Shown: positions 36,503 through 46,888, counted from the stretch's first letter. The stretch is DNA of 64,000 bases from Candidatus Sumerlaeaceae bacterium (GCA_051003195.1 JBPCLP010000034.1:3850-67849), one strand, 5' to 3'. Notes: generated from the sequence alone by a model not told the origin. A program made the numbers and translations.

Positions 36503-38029
36503 TTACTCCGATTGGGTCAACAGCTCCTGCACCACAATGGGATTACGAGCAGCGGCTAATTCGTCCATGCGGCCAACTGGTGTTGTGTGCGGAGCGGATG
36601 TGATATCTTCGGCGCTGGTTTCCGCGTTGCGGGCGATATCGAGCATCGCTCCCGCGAACAGCTCCAGCATCTCCTTGTTTTCGGTTTCGGTCGGTTCAAT
36701 CATCACCGCCTCCGGAACGATCAGCGGGAAATACGTCGTCGGCGGATGAAATCCGTAGTCGATCAGCTTCTTGGCGATATCGACGGCTTTAACACCCTGC
36801 TTCTTTTGTCGCGTCGCATCGATCACGAATTCGTGCATGCACCGCTTGCCGTGCGGGATGTCGTACGCGCCGGCCAGCAGGGACAAAAGGTAGTTTGCAT
36901 TTAGAACCGCGTGATCGCTGATGTCGCGACAGCCCTGTTCACCCAGTTGTTGCAGGTACACGTAAGCACGGACCACATGGTTTACGTTGCCGTAAAAACT
37001 GCGCACTTTGCCGATGGATTTAGCGGTGTCACCAGAGAACCGGAAGGTGCCATCTGCCCGTTTCTCGATATGGGGTGTCGGCAGAAAGGGCGCGAGAAAA
37101 TCCCGTACCACAATCGGGCCCGCTCCCGGTCCCCCGCCGCCGTGCGGAATCGAGAACGTCTTGTGCAGATTGATATGCATCATATCGCCGCCGAAATCGC
37201 CGGGCCGCACCCGTCCCACAATCGCGTTAAAATTCGCGCCGTCGATATAGACGAGTCCCCCCGCTTCATGGACAAGCTCGGCAGCGGCATCAATGCGGTC
37301 TTCGAACAGGCCCAGCGTGTTCGGATTCGTCACCATCAGGCACGCCGTCTTCGGGCCGAGGGTTCGCTTCAGTTCGTCCAGCTCAATACGCCCGCGGCTG
37401 TCCGACTTGACGGTGACGGTCTCCAGGCCCGCACGATATGCGGAGGCCGGGTTGGTGCCATGCGCCGTGTCGGGAATGATCACCTGGTTCCGTTCGGGCT
37501 GTCCCTTGTCTGCGAAGTACGCCTTCGCAACCAGAAGCGCTGTAAATTCGCCATGCGCGCCGGCCGCTGGTTGCAGGCTCACACCCGGGAGGTTCGTCAG
37601 TTTTCCAAGTGCCTTATGGACTTCATAGTACGCTTCCAGCAGTCCCTGCATCGTATCCTGCGGCTGCATCGGGTGCAGGTGCGTAAAGCCGCTCAGCCCC
37701 GCGCCGAACTCGTTGATCTTGGGATTGTACTTCATCGTGCACGACCCCAGCGGATAGAACGTTGTCTCCACGCCCATCGTCCGCGAAGACAGATGCGTGA
37801 AATGCCGCATAACCGTCAGCTCGCTGACTTCAGGCAGTGCCGGTGGAGTTTTGCGACGCACGTTCGCAGGAATCGCTTTCTCGACGATCGCGTTCGTCTC
37901 ATCATGTTCGATCGGTAGCGAAAATCCGGTACGGCCCGACACGCCCTGTTCAAAGATCGTCTGGTTGTCCAGCGCGTGCTGAACCGAGAACGTATCGTCC
38001 TCTTCGATAATCCGAATTCGCCGGCTCAC
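36503..38029 (-). CDS. gcvPB: Glycine dehydrogenase (decarboxylating) subunit 2
   Basis: YPLGSCTMKYNP, QPAAGAHGE, AHGTNPASA, MHINLHKTFSIPHGGGGPGAG, MIEPTETE. Confidence 0.96.
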   Translation of the reverse strand: MSRRIRIIEEDDTFSVQHALDNQTIFEQGVSGRTGFSLPIEHDETNAIVEKAIPANVRRKTPPALPEVSELTVMRHFTHLSSRTMGVETTFYPLGSCTMKYNPKINEFGAGLSGFTHLHPMQPQDTMQGLLEAYYEVHKALGKLTNLPGVSLQPAAGAHGEFTALLVAKAYFADKGQPERNQVIIPDTAHGTNPASAYRAGLETVTVKSDSRGRIELDELKRTLGPKTACLMVTNPNTLGLFEDRIDAAAELVHEAGGLVYIDGANFNAIVGRVRPGDFGGDMMHINLHKTFSIPHGGGGPGAGPIVVRDFLAPFLPTPHIEKRADGTFRFSGDTAKSIGKVRSFYGNVNHVVRAYVYLQQLGEQGCRDISDHAVLNANYLLSLLAGAYDIPHGKRCMHEFVIDATRQKKQGVKAVDIAKKLIDYGFHPPTTYFPLIVPEAVMIEPTETENKEMLELFAGAMLDIARNAETSAEDITSAPHTTPVGRMDELAAARNPIVVQELLTQSE

Positions 38030-39381
38030 AAGTATTGCTCCAGCGCAGTGGCGAAAGCGTCGATTTCATCGTCGGTGGGCTTCTCTGTTACCGCCACGAG
38101 TAGATGATTCGCAAATTGCTTCCCGAGCGTCTCGCCGAGCGGTATGCCCGCATAAAAATCTTTCGCCAGCATTGCATCCCGCACTTCATTTGCCGGGCGT
38201 TTGCACATCAGCGTCAGTTCCCTGAAGTTCGGGCCGGGAAACGCAATTGCCCCCGGCGCTTTTGCTTCGATCGCACTCCGCAGCCGCTCTAAACCGCGAA
38301 CACACGAGCGAGCGACGCGCCCCAATCCCTGCGGTCCCATGAGGCACATGTAGATCGTCGCACGCAACGCGTTATGCGCATGGTTGGTGCAGATGTTCGA
38401 CGTCGCCTTCTCGCGGCGGATGTGCTGCTCACGCGTTTGTAACGTCAGCACAAAACCTCGTCGGTTTTCGCGGTCACGCGCCACGCCCACCAATCGCCCC
38501 GGCACCTTGCGGATGAAATCCTTCTGGCACGTAAAGATCCCCAGCGATTCCCCCCCGGCAAACTGGTTCAGCCCAAGCGGTTGCCCTTCGCCAATCGCGA
38601 TGTCCGCACCATAGCTCCCAGGCGGTGCGAGCACACCCAGCGACAGCGGATCTGCAATCACGATGAGCAGCGCGCCGGCATGATGCGCGCGGTTTGCAAC
38701 CTCCTGCGCCTCCTCGATGCAGCCGAAGTAGTTGGGTTGCTGCATGATCACCGCGGCGGTATCCGGTCCGATCAGCTCGTCCAGCACCTCAAGCCCAATG
38801 CGCCCGTCCATCGTTCCGCACGGGACGATTTCCGCGTTGAAATTCGCGAGGTATGTCTTCGCCAGTGCACGGTATTCCGGATGCACCGTGTTCGGCATCA
38901 CGATCTTGTTCCGCTCCGGACGTATTCCAAGGGCCAGGAAGATCGCTTCTCCCAGCGCGGAGGCGCCATCGTACAGCGAGGCATTCGAAACCGGCATTTC
39001 ATAAAGCCGGCTTATCAAAGACTGGTATTCGAAGAATGCCTGCAGCAAACCCTGGCTGGCTTCCGGCTGGTAAGGCGTATACCCCGTCACATACTCCTGC
39101 CGGTTGGCCACGTGCATGATTGCAGTCGGGACAAAGTGGTCGTAAATTCCGCCACCAAGGAACGACACCACCTGTGTCGTAGGACGGTTCTTCGCTGCAA
39201 GCGCCGTCAGTTCCCGTTGCAGTTCCAGTTCGCTCAGCGGCGCCGGCAGTCCGTGGCTGCCTTTGAACTGCAGCTCCGCCGGCACCTGGTCGTCGAACAG
39301 CTCGTCGATTGACGATGCATCGCATGCCTTCAGCATCTCCCCAAGTTGTGCCGGGGTTGTCTGGATAAACGGGTTCGTCAA
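38026..39381 (-). CDS. gcvPA: Glycine dehydrogenase (decarboxylating) subunit 1
   Basis: FLGGGIYDH, YTPYQPEASQG, NASLYDGASA, TREQHIRREKATSNICTN; TTG 39381 with GGAGG RBS, overlapping the gcvH stop. Confidence 0.95.
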   Translation of the reverse strand: MTNPFIQTTPAQLGEMLKACDASSIDELFDDQVPAELQFKGSHGLPAPLSELELQRELTALAAKNRPTTQVVSFLGGGIYDHFVPTAIMHVANRQEYVTGYTPYQPEASQGLLQAFFEYQSLISRLYEMPVSNASLYDGASALGEAIFLALGIRPERNKIVMPNTVHPEYRALAKTYLANFNAEIVPCGTMDGRIGLEVLDELIGPDTAAVIMQQPNYFGCIEEAQEVANRAHHAGALLIVIADPLSLGVLAPPGSYGADIAIGEGQPLGLNQFAGGESLGIFTCQKDFIRKVPGRLVGVARDRENRRGFVLTLQTREQHIRREKATSNICTNHAHNALRATIYMCLMGPQGLGRVARSCVRGLERLRSAIEAKAPGAIAFPGPNFRELTLMCKRPANEVRDAMLAKDFYAGIPLGETLGKQFANHLLVAVTEKPTDDEIDAFATALEQYL

Positions 39382-39770
39382 TGCGCCTCCTCGGCACATA
39401 CCTTCTCGTAAGCTTCAGGCGAGAGCAGCCCGTCAATATCCGTCGAATTGTCGGCCCGAATTTTGACCATCCATCCGGCGCCATACGGATCCTCCGAGAC
39501 AACGTTCGGATCCGAAACCACAGCTTGATTGGCGGCGGTAACCGTTCCGCTCACCGGCGCATATAAATCCGACGCCGCCTTCACCGATTCTATCACGCCA
39601 AAAGATTGTCCCTGCTGTACCTTCCGCCCGATTTCCGGTAGCTCAACATACACAATCTCCTTGTTGAGTGCATCGACGGCGAAGTCGGAGATGCCTACCG
39701 TCACCGTGTCGCCTTCGGTGCGCGCCCATTCGTGCGACTTCAGAAACTTCACGTCTGCCGGCCTCGCCAT
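39378..39770 (-). CDS. gcvH: Glycine cleavage system H protein
   Basis: SHEW, VGISDFA, IESVKAASDLYAP (lipoyl Lys), DPYGAGW. Confidence 0.96.
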   Translation of the reverse strand: MARPADVKFLKSHEWARTEGDTVTVGISDFAVDALNKEIVYVELPEIGRKVQQGQSFGVIESVKAASDLYAPVSGTVTAANQAVVSDPNVVSEDPYGAGWMVKIRADNSTDIDGLLSPEAYEKVCAEEAH

Positions 39771-40871
39771 TCAGGCTCTCCTCTTGTAAAAAGGTCGTTT
39801 CACAATGGTTGCGGGATGCAGCCGCCCCCGCACATCTATCTGGATCGTACTGCCCGTCTTCGCCTGGTCAGCGCTGACGTACGCCATCCCGATCACCTTT
39901 TGCAGCGTCGGGGAAAAGATGCCACTCGTGACTTGACCTAGGGACGCACCGTCGGAGGACTTCACCTCGAACCCCTGGCGCGCAACGGGTCCTCGCTGCT
40001 GCATCTCGAATGCGACAAGCCGCTCCGAAGCACCGCGCTCACGCAACTTCATCAGCGGCTCGCGTCCGATGAAGAATGGCTTATCCAGGTCCACAAACCT
40101 GCTCAATCCCGCGTGCAGCGGCGTCCTGTCTTCGTTCAACTCGTGGCCGTACAGCGGCATCGCCGCCTCCAGCCGAAGCGAATCGCGCGCACCCAGCCCA
40201 ATCGGCCACACCTCGGCGTTCGAATCCAGTTCCAGCAGCGCCTCCCACAACTTCGACACATTATCCTGCGGCAGGTAAAACTCGAACCCGCGTTCACCCG
40301 TATACCCGGTAGCCGAGACAATCAGCGGGCCAGGCCCGATGGTGTCGTCCAGGTGCGAAAAACAGTAGTACTCTGGCAAAATCGTTTCAGCACCGAAAAG
40401 CTTCTGCACCACCTCCTGGCTGTTCGGCCCCTGTATCGCCACCATGCCCCACGCATCCGACAGGTCCGTCACCTCTACGTCCTTCGCGTTCGCCGCCTGC
40501 TCTTGAATCCAGGCGACATCGCGCTCACGTCCACCCGCGTTGATGATCAGCAGGATGAAGTCGTTGTCGTAATAAATCGTGATGTCGTCGATGACACCGC
40601 CGCGTTCGTTCAGCATGAACGAATATTGAACATCGCCCACGCGGCCCTGTCCGACTTTCGCCGGCGTCAGCCGGTCGATAAAGTCCTTGGCGCCCGCGCC
40701 TGCGATTCGCACGCGACCCATATGGCCAAGGTCGAACAGCCCGGCTTTACTGCGCGTGTGCAGGTGCTCTTCCGTTATGCCCTTGTAATACAAAGGCATA
40801 TGCCAGCCGTTGAAGTCGGTCATGCATGCGCCGTGCTCAAGGTGCCAGCCATGTAAAACGGTCTCGCGCAT
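39771..40871 (-). CDS. gcvT: Glycine cleavage system T protein (aminomethyltransferase)
   Basis: FNGWHMPLYY, GLFDLGHMG, GVIDD, TGYTGERGFE, GLGARDSLRLEAAMPLYGHE; start placed at MRETVLH. Confidence 0.96.
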   Translation of the reverse strand: MRETVLHGWHLEHGACMTDFNGWHMPLYYKGITEEHLHTRSKAGLFDLGHMGRVRIAGAGAKDFIDRLTPAKVGQGRVGDVQYSFMLNERGGVIDDITIYYDNDFILLIINAGGRERDVAWIQEQAANAKDVEVTDLSDAWGMVAIQGPNSQEVVQKLFGAETILPEYYCFSHLDDTIGPGPLIVSATGYTGERGFEFYLPQDNVSKLWEALLELDSNAEVWPIGLGARDSLRLEAAMPLYGHELNEDRTPLHAGLSRFVDLDKPFFIGREPLMKLRERGASERLVAFEMQQRGPVARQGFEVKSSDGASLGQVTSGIFSPTLQKVIGMAYVSADQAKTGSTIQIDVRGRLHPATIVKRPFYKRRA

Positions 40872-41011
40872 CTGCCTGCCAGGAGAAAAGTGGGTCAAAT
40901 CCGTGGGCCATAATTAGGCACGAGTCTGGCCGCGCAAGCGCCAAGTTGTGAAATTCTTAAAAACAAAGTCCACCGTTGCAATACGGGTTGGATAATGAGG
41001 TTAGTTAGCTC

Positions 41012-41413
41012 ATGAAAAGTTGGAAAAAGCCGTTTTTCGCCACCGTGTCTCTGGTGTTTGTTATTCTCACGTGCGCGCCGCCCGCCACTGCCGCATCGCA
41101 ACCGCCCATCGAAATCTGGCTTAGCCAGCGGATGGGCCGCTGGGGCGATTACTACTTCCCGGCCTTAGGCGGCAAGAGTACACACCCGACCCCGCGCGGC
41201 AAGTTCCGCGTCATTTCCAAATACGAAGACTTCTACTCGCGCAAGTACAAGTCCCCCATGCCGCTGTCGCTTTTCTTTACCGATCAATGCGCCATACACG
41301 TCGGCAGCCTGCGCGTCAGCAGTCATGGCTGCATTCACGTCGACTGGCAGACGGGTGACTACCTGTTCCGTTACGCTTCCTCTGGCAAGACGGAGGTTCG
41401 CGTCTACGAGTAA
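41012..41413 (+). CDS. Small secreted L,D-transpeptidase (YkuD) family protein
   Basis: Signal peptide; TPRGKFRV, MPLSLFF, AIHVG, SHGCIHV. Confidence 0.85.
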   Translation: MKSWKKPFFATVSLVFVILTCAPPATAASQPPIEIWLSQRMGRWGDYYFPALGGKSTHPTPRGKFRVISKYEDFYSRKYKSPMPLSLFFTDQCAIHVGSLRVSSHGCIHVDWQTGDYLFRYASSGKTEVRVYE

Positions 41414-41495
41414 GACCGGCCTTCGCATTGCACGCTTGCAAAACGCGTCGCCCCGGCTGTTTTGGATCGACCGTTAACCAGGGGGACACCTACCA

Positions 41496-42308
41496 ATGAG
41501 ACTTCTACTCGTGTCATTCGCGTGCTGTGCTCAGCTATGCTACGCGATAGAACCGCAGCTGCCTCCTGCTCCCCGGCAACTGGTGGTGGCGCAGGCCGCC
41601 AAAGGCTCGCGGTCGACAGCAACAGCCCAGAATTCGGTGGACGACGAATCCTTCGATTTTCCTGCCTTCCCTTCCGCCAGCCAGACCCCCGTCGCGTCCC
41701 GCAAACCGCAACGTCTCACACGAATCCCCAACCCACAAACCGAACCTCGTGCGTACTACGACTACTGTACCTCGGCAGCAGCCTACTGGAGGACGCGAGC
41801 CGATAAAGCTGTCCTGCCGGCGGAATTGAACGTCCACAACCAGGCCATGGACTACGTTCGATCTTACAACCATGCCGGCGCGTCCGTTCGTGAACGGGCA
41901 CTTGCGACGCCGACTCCGCGTGCACAGACCGGTGCAACGGCGCAGGCAGATGCCGGCCCGACTCCCGCCCGAACCATGGGAGACGACCTGCCCCCTGAAA
42001 TTTCTCCCGATGACCTGAAAGACCCAAAGCTTGTCGCCGACTGGGTTGCACGTGCAGCCCAGCAGCGGCTCATCACCGTTCTTCACGTTTACCGCGATGA
42101 GGCGCAGGTCAATGCGTTAACCTGGGCCCGCCTCAAACTGGACTTCAAACGCACGATGGGTGCCGTGCTGGCCCACCACCTCAGACACAATGGCCGGACC
42201 GGCGAGGGCACCATTGTCGACGAGCAGGACGGCAAGGTGCTCGCGACCTTCACCCTCGACGGCACCAACGTGGTTGGAGCCGGCGTGCCCGCTGCCGCCC
42301 GCCCCTAA
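41496..42308 (+). CDS. Secreted hypothetical protein
   Basis: MRLLLVSFACCAQLCYA signal; Pro/Ala linkers; small C-terminal alpha/beta domain. Confidence 0.6.
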   Translation: MRLLLVSFACCAQLCYAIEPQLPPAPRQLVVAQAAKGSRSTATAQNSVDDESFDFPAFPSASQTPVASRKPQRLTRIPNPQTEPRAYYDYCTSAAAYWRTRADKAVLPAELNVHNQAMDYVRSYNHAGASVRERALATPTPRAQTGATAQADAGPTPARTMGDDLPPEISPDDLKDPKLVADWVARAAQQRLITVLHVYRDEAQVNALTWARLKLDFKRTMGAVLAHHLRHNGRTGEGTIVDEQDGKVLATFTLDGTNVVGAGVPAAARP

Positions 42309-42309
42309 A

Positions 42310-42687
42310 GATCCCCGACCCAGTAGCAGAAATAAGGGGTGCGACCGATCTGGCCGGACCCCTTCGGAGTGCCACTCATACACGTTGTACTCAGCGGCTT
42401 CCGCCACGTTCGCTCGGTACCGTTGTTTCGTCGCCAGTTGCGGCGATCGCCACAGGTGGAGTCGACTGCCTGTCGTTGCGGGCTGCGGTCCTGCGCTGCG
42501 TCGAATCGGCGACGCTGGTCGCACGCGCGTTCCGGGTGCGTTTTGAACCACTTTCCTGGTGGTCGGCGCGCGGAGTCTTATCGGCGCCGGCTCTCGGTAT
42601 CTCGCGAAGCAGTGCCATCGTGCCCACTCCAACCACGACCATCGCCGCGGCCATGATCACCAGGTGGGAACTCGACGGATTGCGCAC
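42310..42687 (-). pseudogene. Degraded gene: signal-anchor ORF (42391-42687) followed by a frameshifted golvesin-like fragment
   Basis: TM LVIMAAAMVVVGVGTMALL; in another frame, at about 42350-42415, ANVAEAAEYNVYEWHSEG resembles AVAGRYSVYEWHPQG of the amidase. Confidence 0.4.
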
Positions 42688-43215
42688 TTACAGCCGTTCC
42701 TGCATGGCAGTGATCAGGGCGCGGCAGAAATCCGGCAGGTCTTTGGGCACCTGCGCGGTAATGATATGGCCATCGCGTACGCAACCCTGGTCCACCCACG
42801 TCGCGCCGGCGTTTTCCAGGTCGTCCTTCAGGGCGTTGACGCTCGTGAGTCGCACACCTTTTACGATGCGCGCGCTGATCGGGACCCAGCCGCCGTGGCA
42901 AATGAACGCGATGGGGCGTTTGTCGGCGTCGAAGTCGCGGACGATCTCCAGCGCGCGCGGGTAGCGGCGCAATTTGTCCGGCGCGTAACCGCCCGGCACA
43001 ACCAGCGCGGCGTAGTCGCGGGTTTTCACATCGTCGATCGTGAGATCCGGTTCCAGCGGATACCCGTTCTTCCCCGTGTATTTCTGGATCTTCGGCGTGG
43101 CGACGTCCACCTCCGCCCCCTCTTCGATCAGGCGCAGCTTGGGGTACCAGAGCTCGAGGTCTTCATAGATGTCCTCGGTGATGATGAGAACTTTTTTTCC
43201 TGCCAGTGAAGCCAT
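42688..43215 (-). CDS. pfpI: PfpI/DJ-1 family type 1 glutamine amidotransferase-like protein
   Basis: YEDLELWYP, VPGGYAPDKLR, AFICHGGW, WVDQGCVRDG, PKDLPDF. Confidence 0.92.
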   Translation of the reverse strand: MASLAGKKVLIITEDIYEDLELWYPKLRLIEEGAEVDVATPKIQKYTGKNGYPLEPDLTIDDVKTRDYAALVVPGGYAPDKLRRYPRALEIVRDFDADKRPIAFICHGGWVPISARIVKGVRLTSVNALKDDLENAGATWVDQGCVRDGHIITAQVPKDLPDFCRALITAMQERL

Positions 43216-43410
43216 AATTATCTCCTGTGTGGGTGCCTCGCTGCCCAGCCGGGGAGTGTCAATCCCGCAGCCAGCGCAGGAGTCTCACTTCGCGAGTGAG
43301 TACTTAACCCTCATTAAGACGGTAATTTTTATCCACGAATCGCACGAATGCACACGAACATGCTGGAAGGATGCGAGAGTCGGAGGGTGCTCGTGGTGGC
43401 GGTTGGAGGC

Positions 43411-43446
43411 TTTTCAAGTTTTCAAGTTTTTCAAGTTTTTTTCAAG
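43411..43446 (+). repeat. Short tandem repeat (T)nCAAG x4
   Basis: TTTTCAAG TTTTCAAG TTTTTCAAG TTTTTTTCAAG. Confidence 0.8.
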
Positions 43447-44005
43447 TTTGGCGTATAGAAGCTTGAAACGTTTGCAGATAAATCAAGTTGGCGAAAATGG
43501 GGTAATTTCGCCACTTGAAAAACGATAATCCTCGCGTAAGGATTCGCCAGGGCCGTGGATTTCCGGCTTTCTTGCGCGATGGGCGGCTTTTTCCGCCAAG
43601 CGCAAAGACGCGGAAGCCACGCGGATTGGGCGCAGAAGTCCATCTGCCGTCGGTTACGGCGTTCGGGCTGCATAGTTTTCAAAGAACACGTTCAGCTTAC
43701 TACGGGGGCACGTTTACACCAGGTTGCTGGGGCCCGTCACTTCCCTGGCGTACCCTTCAGGCGGGCGAAGTCCAATAAAGTCGAAAAGGATTTTTGGGCG
43801 AACGTGCGCTGGTGCGTGCGGGCAACTCCAGATGAAGGCCTTTGCTCGACGTGCCATGCTGATGAGGCCTTCAGTAAGAAAGGTTGGCGTCGAGCGTGCG
43901 AAGGCGACGCGCTCCCAAATCCCGACCACTTAACCCTTCGACGTAACTGATCTTGTCGCGAAGTATTTTCTGACGCTAGCAAATTAATTAGTGAAAACGT
44001 CAACC

Positions 44006-44140
44006 GTGTGGCTGTTGAAAAACCCTCTATCTTTGTTCGACCCCTCCAGGGTCGTCGGGAGATTACGATCAAGATCCGCAGGTTGCACCTGCGGCTATTC
44101 ATGTTCGACACCTCCGGTGTCGGTTTTTCAACAGCCCCAC
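44006..44140. mobile_element. MITE-like element with GGCTGTTGAAAAACC terminal inverted repeats enclosing a three-hairpin REP-like cassette
   Basis: Perfect 15-bp IR at 44010-44024 / 44122-44136 (19 bp with one mismatch); internal hairpins CGACCC-CTCCA-GGGTCG, CCGCAGG-TTGCA-CCTGCGG, CGACACC-TCC-GGTGTCG. Confidence 0.65.
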
Positions 44141-44251
44141 CGTCAGCGAATTTACGGCCCACGACGAGTCCGCTGGGCGCGTGTCGAAAGGACTTAATTT
44201 CGCACGTCCCTGATTTTCGAAACCCGAGAAATCAGGCTCGAGAATCCCCCA

Positions 44252-46888
44252 CTAGTACGAGTTCCAGTTATCCACGGTGGTCGCAGGGTCTGGAATTGCT
44301 CCATAGGTAGAATTAATCCCTGTGATGGGAGCAGTGATCGAATATATTTGCCTGCCATTCTCCAGCCTAACCGGAACCGGCGGGCTCTGGCCGCCGAGGA
44401 ATGTTACGGACGCCGCTTCCTTTGAAGCGGGGTAAGCCGCTGGATAGGTAAGCCGTGCAGCTCTGAATTGTGTATATGGTTTGTTAAAAAGCACAGCGTC
44501 ATCTTCACTGAACTCGACGTCAATCGTCGCCCCGGCAGTAAAGGTAACTCCACCAGGTGAGAGGGTAAAGGCGCCACGTACCTGCTTGGAGGTGACTTTA
44601 ATTTCCTCTGCTCGAGTAAGGGTGATCGTCGTCGGTAAAGTTCCCGGATAGCTAACTACAGTGCTGCTGGTGGTCCTTAATGCTGGCTTATAAAAAGAAC
44701 TCGCAGAATTGCCCAGTGTCCACGCCCCAGGCTGTGTCGTGAGAAGGTCCGTCGCATTGCTCACTTTGGCCTGCCATTCGCCATATTTGCCCGAAACTTT
44801 GTCTCCGGCATACGAAAAGAGCCCGGCAACGAGCAGAGTATCGCCCCGCATTGCCATATCAGAAACCCAGCCAAGGCCGTATTCATTGTCCGTGCCGCTT
44901 CCAAGCGCAGCCCAGGACGTCCCATTCCATTCTGCAATGCACTTTGCACTTACTGCACCCACGGTACTGAATCGTCCGCCGATATAAATGCTGTTACCAG
45001 ACGCAACGATTGTGTTGATGTTGGTATTGATTCCTCCAATTTTAGGCGACCAGGCGGTTCCGTTCCACCGCGCGATATACCACGAGTATGGATCATAGGT
45101 AGCGGCCCAGAGATCACTGCCGCTGGCCGTGATGGTCTGCACATTTTCGTTAACATTAAGCGGGAGCGCAGACCAGGCAGTTCCGTTCCATTTGGCGATT
45201 GTCTTTGCACTGATTCCGCCTGCGGTAGTAAAGCTGCCGGAAGCATACAGGTTCCCGCCACAAATTGCTATGTTACTGACCGCACCATCCATTCCGGATC
45301 CCAGCGGCGACCACACCGACCCGTTCCACATGGCAATCCGGTTTAATACAGTGCTACCCGCCGCAGTGAAAGCGCCACCAACGTAGACCTTTTCCCCATC
45401 TGTTGCAATGGCATACACCCTCTCGTTCATGCCGGGCCCAAGTGCCGACCACTCGGTCCCGTTCCATTTCGCAATGTTACTGACGGTTGTTTCACCTGCG
45501 TGAGTAAACAACCCGCCTGCATAAACAGAATTTTGGTCTGCCGCCACAGCATAGACCGGGGCATACGTGTAGGAAGGGTGACTCATGCCGCTTCCAAGAC
45601 TGGCCCAGGAACTGCCATTCCATTTTGCGATACAGTTCGCAGTGACGTCGCCAACGCCTGTGAAACTGCCACCGCAATACACGTCGTCACCTTTCACAGC
45701 CAGGCATGATAGCTGATCACTGAACCCAGCCTGCATATTGGACCATGAGGTTCCGTCCCACTGGGCAACATGATGTGCAAAGACGCTGCCGGCCTTGATA
45801 AAGGTGCCGCCGGCATAAAGCCGCGTGGGGCTGGCAGCCAGTGCGCGGACTTCATAATCAGTTGCCGTAAATCCACCCATACCTCCGCCTACCGAGAACC
45901 AGGAGGTTCCGTTCCATCCCGCCATCCCGGTGGTGCCGGGGATGATGCCTCCCGCACTTGTGAAAATACCGCCAACGAAAAGATTACCCTCACGAGCAGC
46001 CAGGCAATGCACTCGTGTAGACTGTAGCCCCGACACTGCTGACCATGAGGATCCGTCCCATTTATGGAGCACTTTGTTCGTATTTCCCTGCTCGCCACCC
46101 GCGTATAGTGCGTTGTCGTGCATTGCGAGTGCATAGACAGTTCCAACCATCCCTGTATTGTTCACGCCTGACCAGGTGGCATCTTTCCATTTTGCAATGG
46201 ATGGTGCATACACCCCGCCCGCCTCAAAAAAATGGCCGCCCACATATAACTCGGTGCCGGAAGTCACCAGGGCGTTTGCCATAACGTTCAACCCACTACC
46301 GAGAGAAGACCACGTACTGCCGTTCCACCTGGCGATTCTGTTGGCCGGGGCAGCACCGGCAATTGTAAACGAGCCCGCTGCATACAAATCGTTTCCGATG
46401 GTTGCCAGGGCACTTACCGCTCCGCCGCTAACCCCCGCACCAAGGGGTGCCCAGGAAGCGCCGTCCCACCTCGCAATACCACTGGCGGCTATACCGCCGG
46501 CAGTAGTAAAAGCACCCCCGGCATAGACATAACCGCCGGCAATCGCGATCGCAGAGACGCTGCCACTCAGTCCACTTCCGAGACTGGACCATGAAGTCCC
46601 ATCCCATTTCGCGATGTAGGCAGCGCGCACTTTTCCGATGTGCTCAAAGCTTCCACCGACATAGAGGTTCCCCTGCCCATCCACAGCAGTAGCCAGCACA
46701 TCATTGTCGGCCGTTGCGGGGAAATTATCATCCCAGTAGGCATCGTCAGCATTTGTAGAAACAACCTTGGGCTGAGAGCTTATTTGCTCGGTCCTGACTC
46801 CCCCACCAGGAGCTGCGGCCGAAACTGTTAGGCTCGCTTGCAGAAGAACACCTGCGGCAAAAATGAGAAATCGGCTTGGCAGTGTCAT
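44252..46888 (-). CDS. Secreted beta-propeller repeat protein (galactose-oxidase/Rax2-like blades) with C-terminal beta domain and DNWNSY motif
   Basis: About 12 repeats of YxGGxFtxaGxxxaxxIAkWnGtsWsxLgsG; start MTLPSRFLIFAAGVLL (ATG 46888). Confidence 0.8.
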   Translation of the reverse strand: MTLPSRFLIFAAGVLLQASLTVSAAAPGGGVRTEQISSQPKVVSTNADDAYWDDNFPATADNDVLATAVDGQGNLYVGGSFEHIGKVRAAYIAKWDGTSWSSLGSGLSGSVSAIAIAGGYVYAGGAFTTAGGIAASGIARWDGASWAPLGAGVSGGAVSALATIGNDLYAAGSFTIAGAAPANRIARWNGSTWSSLGSGLNVMANALVTSGTELYVGGHFFEAGGVYAPSIAKWKDATWSGVNNTGMVGTVYALAMHDNALYAGGEQGNTNKVLHKWDGSSWSAVSGLQSTRVHCLAAREGNLFVGGIFTSAGGIIPGTTGMAGWNGTSWFSVGGGMGGFTATDYEVRALAASPTRLYAGGTFIKAGSVFAHHVAQWDGTSWSNMQAGFSDQLSCLAVKGDDVYCGGSFTGVGDVTANCIAKWNGSSWASLGSGMSHPSYTYAPVYAVAADQNSVYAGGLFTHAGETTVSNIAKWNGTEWSALGPGMNERVYAIATDGEKVYVGGAFTAAGSTVLNRIAMWNGSVWSPLGSGMDGAVSNIAICGGNLYASGSFTTAGGISAKTIAKWNGTAWSALPLNVNENVQTITASGSDLWAATYDPYSWYIARWNGTAWSPKIGGINTNINTIVASGNSIYIGGRFSTVGAVSAKCIAEWNGTSWAALGSGTDNEYGLGWVSDMAMRGDTLLVAGLFSYAGDKVSGKYGEWQAKVSNATDLLTTQPGAWTLGNSASSFYKPALRTTSSTVVSYPGTLPTTITLTRAEEIKVTSKQVRGAFTLSPGGVTFTAGATIDVEFSEDDAVLFNKPYTQFRAARLTYPAAYPASKEAASVTFLGGQSPPVPVRLENGRQIYSITAPITGINSTYGAIPDPATTVDNWNSY

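Noticed and set aside
36911-37918. Long antisense ORFs (e.g. 36911-37918, 4619-5599, 2029-2790, 58618-59475)
   Set aside because: These are shadow ORFs opposite well-supported genes, common in GC-rich DNA, with no motifs.
40872-41011. Glycine riboswitch upstream of gcvT
   Set aside because: The 140-nt divergent gap lacks the GGAGA...CCGAAG...CUCUCAGG aptamer motifs.
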